A stretch of DNA of 20,000 bases, taken from Chiloscyllium plagiosum (lineage: Eukaryota). How positions within the stretch are numbered: the stretch's first letter is position 1; each line of letters begins with the position of its first letter. Of this stretch, positions 11,951 through 20,000 are shown piece after piece. Location: positions 948,016 through 968,015 of the forward strand of contig NC_057756.1 in the NCBI RefSeq assembly GCF_004010195.1, read 5' to 3'. The notes under the pieces were generated by a model, which was given only the letters and a program-made list of their open reading frames with translations, searched no databases and was not told where the DNA came from. Both the position numbers and the translations under genes were made by a program.

Positions 11951-12184
11951 GTAAGCACCACTTTCTCTTTGAAGTCTGAATATGCTGTAGCAAGCAAATT
12001 GACTTCTTGATAATATATTGTCTAACTAAAATGAATTACTAAATGTCATGGTAGTTGTGAATGAAATTAGTAAGGTGCTCATTTATCTCAAAGTAAACAA
12101 GCATACAAACAAACTCGGAGTTTAATCATAGTTGCCATAATGCCTGTTCTGTAATAGCTGAGAACTTCAGAACTTTGAAACATA

Positions 12185-12560
12185 CCAAAGGGAGTGCAGC
12201 AGAGCTTCACTAGGTTCATTCATTAGAAACCAAGACTTTTCTAGGAACGAAGCTTATTGCAACAGGACCTGGTTTTACGACACTTTACAAGGATGAGACA
12301 GTACAAGGATGAGACTGTAGATTCGAAGCAACAAGATCATTTCCCTGGTTGTACAATCTAGGACTGTGAATGCATTCTCAGGAAAAGATGTAGGCCAGGT
12401 TGAAACTGAGAAAGGAGGACACAAGAGCAGAGAATTAAATAAAAAGAGAGAAAGCAACTTTAAGGCAACTCATTTAAGTGCACCAGAACTTCTGGATTGT
12501 AATATAAAAGAATGATGGGTTATTAAATCAATTATTGATTACAAATATATAACTGAAAAT
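12185..12560 (+). mobile_element. Possible very old CR1-like 3' remnant
   Basis: gggagtgcagcagagcttcactaggttcatt resembles GVQRRFTRLI, and ggaggacacaag resembles RGH. The rest is weak. It contains a local duplication tacaaggatgagac (12286-12299 and 12302-12315). Confidence 0.4.
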
Positions 12561-12707
12561 AAATAATTGTAAAACAAGCAGGCAGCTAATAGCATTCCAA
12601 CATTGAGAACAGAGGGAAATAGACAGGAGCTTAGCCCTTGAAAGTCAAAGCTGGAGGAAAACATGTTTGGTGCATCATGTGATTTTTTTTTCTTCAACTA
12701 AAACCAG

Positions 12708-12734
12708 GAGAAAAGCATTCCAGTAACGGGGAAA
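12708..12734 (+). CDS. Possible additional 27-nt micro-exon (phase 1-1), G-EKHSSNGE
   Basis: Strong acceptor gatttttttttcttcaactaaaaccAG and donor AA|GTgagc. It is exactly 27 nt and open in phase 1, but it is not heptad-like and ends in A rather than G. Confidence 0.5.
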
Positions 12735-12790
12735 GTGAGCAAGAAACTATTCTGATTTAACAACCCATTCCCCTCTTCTCACATATGGAA

Positions 12791-13130
12791 GCACGGTCAC
12801 TCAGTGGTTAGCACTTATGCCTCACAGTGCCAGGCACCAGGAGTAATCCCACTGTTGATTGACTGTCATGGAGTTTGCACATTTTCCCCATGGCTGTGTA
12901 GGCCTTCGGTGGAGGTTCTGGTTCCCTCCCAGAATCTAAAGAAGTGTAGGTCTGTTAGATTGGCCATGCTAATCTTTCCGTAGTGTGCACGGATGTACAA
13001 ATCAGACGGATTAGCTATGGTGAGTACAGTGTTACGGAGTTAAGGTGGTAGTCTCATGGGATGCTGCTTGGGCAATTGTTTCAGAATCAATGGACAGAAT
13101 AACCTCTCTCCACTCTATTGGGATCCTATG
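12791..13130 (+). mobile_element. Diverged HE1-like tRNA-derived SINE
   Basis: The head gcacggtcactcagtggttagcac...gcctcacagtgccagg and the core ggagtttgcacatt and attggccatgcta are homologous to 3311-3641. It ends gggatcctatg, and the B box is decayed. Confidence 0.82.
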
Positions 13131-13334
13131 CTGCCCTAAACTTCTTATTATCCACAACAGGCTCTGAATGTAAAAAGTCGATTGAGTACGCAGCAAATTG
13201 ATCTGGTGGTGATTAGTTGTTAAAAAAAAAACAAAAAAAATGGCTTCCAGTGATTTGATGAAGAGACAAACAACAGCCATTCAGTCGTGTTCGAGAGTTC
13301 TTCTATATACTTTTTTCAAAAGAACAACAAAATC

Positions 13335-13570
13335 AAGTTGGCTATTAAAAATTCCAGGTAGTGTGCTACGGAGACTGTCATTGCTGGTGAATATCAACAG
13401 CTCTTCAATGGCTATGCTTGTGCCCGGGTGTCCTTCAACAACTAGCATGCGGTCGCCACCAAGACTCTTGGTGCCTTTAGACAAAGGTGGACCCCATAGC
13501 AGATGGAGTACTTTATCTCTCTGTCCAACTCCATCTTGATTTAGCTCCCTCTCCCCTCCCACCTCTCTAC
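13335..13570 (+). mobile_element. Tx1/L1-clade LINE ORF2 extreme C-terminal remnant
   Basis: Frame 13335-13544 reads KLAIKNSR*CATETVIAGEYQQLFNGYACARVSFNN*HAVATKTLGAFRQRWTP*QMEYFISLSNSILI*. This resembles the Tx1-type ending (KLAI..SR / F.GY.RARVS / F..RW.P / NSILI*) and is followed by a pyrimidine-rich 3' UTR start. Recognised from memory. Confidence 0.68.
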
Positions 13571-14916
13571 CTCTGCCTCTCGCGTTATAATTTGCGCTGA
13601 CCTTAATGGACTTTGCACATTAGTTACATAATTGCAAATAAAATGATTTCGTGATGGGCATTAAATTATAAAGGAGAAAAAAAGCACCAGTGATTTTGCG
13701 ATTAAAAAAATACAGATTGTCTAAAAAAAAGTAAAGGATAAACATAAATCTGGAAAGATTAAGACATTTTGTCAAATAACATTAAATACTTCAATAACCT
13801 ATCACCCACGGAAACAATAAGTGAAGAAATCAGCAGCATTAAATCATGGGCAAAAATGGTGGAATAGGTTGGAAATGAGAAAGGCATATGATGCATGCTT
13901 ACTTCATAATTTTTAATGGTGTTTGAAAAAAAGCATGAGCAGGGTAAATGTTAGTGAAAGCGTAGAAAGGAGAGGCAATGGATGGAGTAAACGATGAGGC
14001 AAGGTATGGGGAAATGCTGGCTAAGACCATGTTGGATGAAACCTCCTACTCAGGTGGCTCACACCTACATTTGGCAAAGGGATTGGTTTGGTAAAAGCAG
14101 GAAGTTTTCTTATAAAGTCAATACATTTCAAAGTTACTACGGGCTGCGGGTGAACATTGCTCATTGAAACATTAGATAACCGAAGCTCCAAAAAGAAAGG
14201 ACAGGACAATCCAAAAGTGTTAAGAATTAGAGATCATTCATTTTGTCCTCAGTTTCATGCGAGAATTTTTTTTTTTAGAAAAAATGAGTTAAAGCTTAAC
14301 ATTTATTTGGAGAACGTTGAGTTGATGAAGAATACAAAGATTTGAACTGTAAAAGTTATTTCTTTCTTAATTAGCTCAGTTGATTTTTTTTTATTTACCC
14401 TAACTATATTGACATCATAGACGATGCTTACATGGATCTGAAAAAGAATATATTTAGTGCAGTTATTCATAAGAGGTTAATTAACAATGCACTTCGGGAT
14501 TTTCGCAGAGACCGGAAGTTGTAGCTTATCAACCATATTAATATTGTGATCTTTGGAGAGTAATTCATTTCCTGAATATACCACCGTTCCATCAATTCAC
14601 GTGGGCAAGATGCCTGGAGCTCTCTTTAAAAGCATTGAGGGTGCCCCAATCAAATAATTCTCCAGTTGTTGACTCATGGGGTTGGCGATGCAGAGACTGC
14701 TTAGATTTAAGTAAACTCGTGGATTTAGACAAAGATGGACCCCACTTGCGAAAGTTTCACCCTATTTATAATTACAGATTAACAGTCTGTAATTTAGCTG
14801 TTTGGTCATGATCAAGTTAAGAGACCAAGACAGTTCAAATTGCTTTGCCCAGTGCATTGTCAGTGTTTCTTAAATCTTCCTAATCTAACTCAATGTCAAT
14901 GCCTTCATTGCATCAG

Positions 14917-14952
14917 AAAGCGAATCCCTGAAAAAGAAGATTCAACTTTTAG
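14917..14952 (+). CDS. Putative 36-nt micro-exon (phase 1-1), E/K-SESLKKKIQLL
   Basis: A branch-like ctaac lies upstream. The acceptor is gccttcattgcatcAG and the donor is AG|GTaagg. It resembles the exon at 6334. Confidence 0.8.
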
Positions 14953-15154
14953 GTAAGGAAATGTTTGGAACTTCTTTGGTCTATGTTACAAACCAATTAA
15001 CGTAAATGGATTAAAAAAGGAAATGTCACTTCTAAAAGCTTGGTTTGTGAATGTCATTCTTGGAGATTTTCTGGTAGATCTTATTTGGAAAGTAACAAAT
15101 GGTGTACAAATGTTATAATAACAGAATACTATTGAAATTCTGTGCCAACATCAG

Positions 15155-15181
15155 AAGAGAAACTGAAAGAGAAAGAGAAAG
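15155..15181 (+). CDS. Putative 27-nt micro-exon (phase 1-1), E-EKLKEKEK
   Basis: ttctgtgccaacatcAG|AAGAGAAACTGAAAGAGAAAGAGAAAG|GTaaat. It resembles exon 7641 (EQKL...EK; both end GAGAAAG). Confidence 0.78.
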
Positions 15182-15267
15182 GTAAATGAAAAGATGCAGT
15201 TGCATTCCGTGCTCTCTTCCATCTGAATTTCGACGATTGCTTAAACACTCCTGTAATTGTGCTTTAG

Positions 15268-15294
15268 AAATTAAAGCTAAAGTCTCAGATGATG
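15268..15294 (+). CDS. Putative 27-nt micro-exon (phase 1-1), E-IKAKVSDD
   Basis: taattgtgctttAG|AAATTAAAGCTAAAGTCTCAGATGATG|GTgagt, a consensus donor. The preceding intron is 86 nt. Confidence 0.8.
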
Positions 15295-15571
15295 GTGAGT
15301 AGGAATTAATTATGAAGGAAAACATGTACTGACACCGATGGTAATCACAATTCAACTGAAAATTAAACATCATGCTGGAAGTTTCCACACTTCAAGAATA
15401 TTGAAAGTGAAAGAATGCTTTGCGGTGTGCCTCACTAAAAGCTTCCTGGCTCTGATAAAGTAATGATTACTCTTTTTTGGTCAGATTCATTAATCCACAA
15501 GTATTCAGGAGCGATTCTTCGAAGTTACACCTGATGAAATGTTAACCACAACAAAGAGTCTAACGTTGGAG

Positions 15572-16345
15572 CAAATAACTGCAGATGCTAGAATTTGTAC
15601 CGAAAGCAAAAATAAATACAAGAGTTCACAGCGGGGCAGGCAGCATCCTTCGAGAGAGAGCAAGCTGACGTTTTGAGTCTGGGTGACTCTTCATCAGAGT
15701 TGAACTGAAGTATGGAGGAGGCAGCACTTATGCAATACTGGTGAGGGAATTGGAGTGTTGGGGGAGAAAGGATGTTAACAGTTCAGATTTAGTGATCGAA
15801 ATGTAAGAAGGGCAGAACAACGGTGTCTCTAACTGCCAGACTGGCAAGAATATGCCGTCCCACTGGAGTGGGGGAAGGGAAGAGGGGCATGGTTACAGAG
15901 AATGTAACAAGCAAAGCTGAAGGAAGGGGAACGAATGTTTTCAGAATCTGAAGGCGTTCAACTCAATGTTTAGACCAGAAGGTTGTAAAGTGTTTTGCTG
16001 GAGCATTTCAAGAAGAGACAAGTTGCATGAGCGCAGAACACTGTATTACATTGACTGGCATTGGGACGATCACAGTTATGCTTGCATACAGACTGGAGGT
16101 GTTCTGCAAACGGGTCATCCAGTATGTGTTTCGTTTCTGCAATGAAAGTCGGATGATTGGGTGCAGCGAATCCAATACAAAAATTGGAGAAGGTGTAGTT
16201 GAAATGGTGCATCACCCAGAAACATTGTTTGGGGCATTGGATTGTGAGCAGGGAGGATGTGAAAGAGCAGTTGTTGTACCTTCTGCGATTATATGAGAAG
16301 ATGCTGTGGGAAGGGGTGGGATTGTTGGTCGAGGAGTTGACACCT
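15572..16345 (-). mobile_element. Penelope-like element 3' fragment: degenerate GIY-YIG endonuclease C-terminus plus terminal repeat region
   Basis: Minus-strand translation gives NRRRYNNCSF..LTIQCPKQ.F....F..T.SN...IAETK..L.D.FAEHLQSV, ending PSGLNIELNAFRF* near 15941. This is typical of the linker and GIY-YIG domain of vertebrate Penelope/Poseidon elements. A hammerhead-like motif lies downstream. Confidence 0.85.
15662..15702 (-). ncRNA. Degenerate minimal hammerhead ribozyme motif in the Penelope-like terminus
   Basis: The minus strand reads CUGAUGA-A-GAGUC-accca-GACUC-AAAAC-GUC-ag. The CUGANGA core and a 5-bp stem II are intact, while GAAA is mutated to AAAA. Confidence 0.7.
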
Positions 16346-16775
16346 AATGTTAAAGTATTATCCACAAGGTTGTATTTCTACAGGTTGTAGGAATCACTGA
16401 CTCCTTCCCTCCAAAGTTAATCTTTCCTACTGACTGTATAGCAGTTCCTTAGTAGTGCAATATATTTTACATCTGAATTCTTGATCCCAAGGCAGGTCAA
16501 ATGAACTAACATTTTTTTTATGTCAGAGGCCAGTGTATGAAAGCGTGATCCATACTTGACAATATGTATGTTACAATGAATTGTTGCATTTATGTAAAGG
16601 TTGGATCAATAAAGTATGGATAATACAGTAGAAAGATAAAAGGAACGGAAGGTCTGTGTGGAAACAACGGTATATCAGCAAATGTTTTCCTAATTTTTGC
16701 TTCTATGGTTGTTGTTGACATGTCGGAATGTGAAGTTCACCTCAACGTATTATATTTCACTTTGTCAATTTGCAG

Positions 16776-16802
16776 GAGAGGCGCTACGTGAAAAGAACTC
16801 AG
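16776..16802 (+). CDS. Putative 27-nt micro-exon (phase 1-1), G-EALREKNS
   Basis: tttcactttgtcaatttgcAG|GAGAGGCGCTACGTGAAAAGAACTCAG|GTaagt, with both sites strong. Confidence 0.82.
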
Positions 16803-16830
16803 GTAAGTTATTGACCGATTGAGTTCTGAT

Positions 16831-17501
16831 TGTTATGACACGAGGTAAAACCGTCTGCTAATTTAAACCAGACACACTGAAAATCTCACTTCACCTCATA
16901 ATTTGTTAAACTACAGGTGACAGAAATCTAGCAAAATTCCCCTATTTAAAGAAAAAAAATCAACAATTTATCCTTTAACTCCAAAAACGAACATTAAATA
17001 ACAACTATCTACACTTTATCCTTTGTGTGATAAATTAATCTACCTCCTACTCGAAAACAATATGCTGATCCGATAAAATCCCCGATCTACCCTTTGTATA
17101 TTCCTGGATCTTTCCTTTGGTCTTCTGCTGCTCAGGTGTTTCATATGAAAAGGTACCTTTCAGAGAGTGGGTCTGCGGGCAGTCTGATTGCTGCTCTTTG
17201 TCTCACTCTGGCTAATTGTTCAAAATGCCTGATTTTTATACCCAAAACATTGGATGTTCTCATTCGTATAATATCACCAAAATACTAAAATTCTAATTCG
17301 ATTGGGTTTTAGTATCTTGGACATAATTTAAACTAATTGGCTAAATTCAAATTGTTGTGTAACATAGCAACTCAGCTCAATTATTTGTTTCACAGCTAAA
17401 TGTCATATTTTCATATTTTCCAGCACACTTTCTGCCTGTTAGGTCCTTTGCGAGCTTTCACACTCTCTTAAAGATACAGTACACGTCTGTATATCATAAC
17501 A
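16831..17501 (-). mobile_element. Probable solo LTR (671 bp)
   Basis: Termini TGTTATGA...TCATAACA form a TG..CA-bounded 8-bp inverted repeat. The flanks ctgat (16826-16830) and ctgaa (17502-17506) look like a 5-bp TSD with one mismatch. Minus-strand TATAAAAA near 17233-17240 suggests the orientation. Confidence 0.7.
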
Positions 17502-18109
17502 CTGAATTGGAGTTCCTGACAGCTAAATAGATATTTGCTAAATAATCACTTTGTTGAATGGAATCCACCACCATATATTTTTTGGATACTTAACATCCGA
17601 ATCAAATTACTTTTCTGGCTACCAGGACTTTATATTTAAAGTAGATGAAAGTGTGATCAAGTTACTTACTAAATGAATACAATCATAAGATTTCACGGCA
17701 TTGAACATTTTAATATAATAATTATTAAGCACCATTAATTTTAATATACACCAACAGAACAACGTAAGAAACGACAATATATAAATAAAGTGTATTGTAG
17801 CACCTCAGATTGTATAGCAGACTAATACAACAGACAAACAATTGTCCTATGCTTCACTTAATGGATGCAACAGAATTCTAAATACAGTCTCACATCACTA
17901 ACCCAGAATGGCTACCCAGCCTCTACGAACACTCCCAACCTCCTACCTCCAAACAAATACATAATCACACGCAGAACTCTATGACATTAGTGAAATTGTC
18001 GTTCACCAAATCGCATTATAAATTTGTGAAAGAATCAGATGCTGTTAAATTGTCACTGTGTCATAATGACATAGAACCTGTAACAATATTCTTTAATGTT
18101 TGCAACAAG

Positions 18110-18290
18110 AGACTTCCAAAATCAAAAGGCATAATTTAGGAATTAGGGGTAATCATGCAGAAATAACATCAGAGACATTTCCCTTACTCAGAGAGATGTG
18201 ACTTTCTTTTCAATTCCTAACCCTGATGGTATTTGAGGATTCATTATTGTGCATGTGTCACAGAAAGATTAACACACTTCTCTGATAAGG
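18110..18290 (+). mobile_element. Possible very old CR1-like 3' remnant
   Basis: aaaaggcataatttaggaattagggg and cttactcagagagatgtg resemble the RGH.L.IRG / FTQRVV region of CR1 ORF2 ends. Confidence 0.4.
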
Positions 18291-18365
18291 ATCAGACAAT
18301 TGATAACAACAACAGATTATCTATTAAATACACAACGTGATTTTAAATTTTATGCTTTTTTTCAG

Positions 18366-18457
18366 CAGCAGAGCCTTTTTTTGTCGGGATGACGTTGGCT
18401 TCTGTCATTCTCTGTTTTGCAACTTCAATACAACGTAATCCAGCAATTGTTCTTTAA
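18366..18457 (+). CDS. Candidate terminal exon, A-AEPFFVGMTLASVILCFATSIQRNPAIVL*, a hydrophobic tail (TM segment or GPI signal)
   Basis: Strong acceptor ttttatgctttttttcAG. The phase-1 frame continuing from exon 16776 is open, gives an uncharged hydrophobic run of about 18 aa, and ends TAA TGA (18455-18460). Confidence 0.55.
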
Positions 18458-18554
18458 TGACATGTGAACATTTTCAAATTATCTAATTATACGTTTGTAC
18501 CATGCCTGACTATCGTTGCAGATGGATAATTAGCATGTAAGATTTGAGGCCCAG

Positions 18555-19281
18555 ACATACTAGGCAATGACTGCCTCCAGCAAGGTGAATGTAGCCATCA
18601 GCACTGAACATTCAGTGGCATCAACAGTCAATCACTAACATCACACTGCAGATCACATTCACAAGACACTGGAACAGATTGTTAATACAATTGCTGTTCC
18701 TATAAAATGAGGTCAAAGATTTGGAGTCTTGAAGAGAGTACTTCTCACTGAATCTAAAATGTTCATCTATCGTCTACAGTGTACAAATCAGGAATGTGAT
18801 GGATGAATCTGCTCTTGCTTGCTTGAATTTATTTCCAGCAACGGGGAAGTCTGACATCATCCAAGACAAAGCGACTGCTTGATTAACATCAAATATGCAA
18901 GCATTGACTCTGTCCACCATGAACGCTCAGTAATAGCAGCAGTGTTTACTGTCTACATAATGTAGTGCACAAATAAACCAATGCTTTTTAGAAAGCGTCT
19001 CCTAAACACATCATCACGACCCTCTTGAAAGACAGGGCCAGTGGATAGATGCGAACACCATGAACTGCGAAGTTTCATCCAAATTTGTTAACATTTCGAT
19101 TTGTAGTTCATCAGCATTGCTTAAGTGTTGTTCAATCGAAACTTTCCAATGACCTTGTAGGTCTACACTCAGGAAATATCCCACAGCGCTTCAAGAACAC
19201 TGGTCACCATACATATTCAATCACAACTGAAGATTGGCAATAAACGTGGACCAGCCAGAAACGTCCCTATTCTGTCAATGA
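18555..19281 (+). mobile_element. Decayed non-LTR retrotransposon 3' fragment (L2/CR1 superclade, distinct from the HER1-like family)
   Basis: Recognised segments include caaatcaggaatgtgatgga, catccaagacaaagc, ccaccatgaacgctcagtaatagcagcagtgtttactgtctac and the 3' end ggcaataaacgtggaccagccag...caatga. No ORF is intact, and the clade call is tentative. Confidence 0.65.
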
Positions 19282-19369
19282 TATTGCTTTTTTTTCGTTA
19301 TTTTAAATGCAAATTAACTAGGAATGGAATCAAACTACGACACTTACTTGGAGATGCCAATCTCTGAGT

Positions 19370-20000
19370 ATTATGTAGACAGGCCTACAAAGGGCGAAGT
19401 CACTTTAGATTTAGTACTGGGTAATGAACCTGGCCAGGTGTTAGATGTGGAAGTAGGTGAGCACTTTGGAGACAGCGATCACAATTCTGTCAAGTTTACT
19501 TTAGTGATGGAAAGGGATAGGAGTACGCCACAGCAAGAGTTACAGCTGAGGGAAGGGAAATTACGATGCAATTAAGAAAGATTTAGGAAGTGTAGAATGG
19601 CGAAGGAAACTGCAGGGGATGAGCACATTAAAAATGTGGAGCTTATTCAAGGAAAAGCACCTGTGTGTCCTGGATAAGTATGTACCTGTCAGACAGGGAG
19701 GAAGATATAGAACGTGTGAGCCGCGGTTCACTAAGGAAGTGAAACCCCTGGTCAAGAAGAAGAAGAAGGCTTATGTTAGGACAAAATGTGAAACCTCAGG
19801 GCGCTTGCGGGTTACAAGGAAGTCAGGAAAGACTTAAAAAGAGAGCTCAGAAGAGCCAGGAGGAGACATGAGAAGTTGTTGGTGGATAGGATCAGGGTCA
19901 ACCCTAAGGCTTTCCATAGGTATGTCGGGAATAAAAGAATGACGAGAACTAAATTAGGGCCAATCAATGATAATAGTGGGAAGTTGTGTGTGGAGTCAGA
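19370..20000 (+). mobile_element. 5'-truncated CR1-clade LINE ORF2 (end of endonuclease and linker), running off the window end
   Basis: YVDRPTKGEVTLDLVLGNEPGQV, VGEHFGDSDHNSV (the APE SDH motif), then MWSLFKE, P.FTKEV and NPKAF.RYV. It is frameshifted. Confidence 0.92.

Noticed and set aside
13323..13357. AG/GT-bounded segment starting AACAACAAA like exon 5656
   Set aside because: It is 35 nt, has a TAA in phase 1 and overlaps the Tx1-like remnant.
13240..13562. Overlapping 99-aa (+) and 93-aa (-) ORFs in a GC-richer patch
   Set aside because: Another + frame matches a stop-interrupted Tx1-like LINE C-terminus, so these ORFs are best explained as shadow frames.
14421..14456. 36-nt phase-1 open segment (D-DAYMDLKKNIF) after a reasonable acceptor with ctaac
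   Set aside because: The donor TTA|GTgcag is very weak. I did not call it, though it is worth checking in RNA-seq.
14488..14520. ETS-like motifs (cacttcggg, ccggaagt) as a possible promoter
   Set aside because: They are isolated short motifs in AT-rich sequence with no CpG island or other support.
1..20000. Prokaryotic-type systems (CRISPR array, retron or defence RT operon)
   Set aside because: There is no repeat-spacer array or operon structure. All RT and nuclease fragments belong to decayed eukaryotic retrotransposons.

Overview
Eukaryotic, AT-rich, repeat-dense DNA, most likely from a cartilaginous fish (shark/ray), inferred from HER1/CR1-type LINEs with HE1-type tRNA-derived SINEs and Penelope-like elements. 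Roughly half the window is decayed mobile DNA: several CR1 LINE copies, two HE1-like SINEs, a Tx1-like LINE 3' end, an L2/CR1-superclade LINE 3' end, a Penelope-like GIY-YIG fragment with a degenerate hammerhead motif, a young perfect-hairpin Penelope-derived insertion with a 15-bp direct repeat, and a probable solo LTR. Most supplied ORFs are fragments of these elements or noise. The main signal, which the ORF track misses, is a + strand chain of 9-10 AG/GT-bounded micro-exons of exactly 27 or 36 nt (5656-16802). All are phase 1-1 and splice into a stop-free, internally repeated coiled-coil peptide. A candidate terminal exon (18366-18457) would add a hydrophobic C-terminal tail. The gene is unidentified, and its 5' part probably lies upstream of the window. 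All family assignments come from motif recognition, not database searches.
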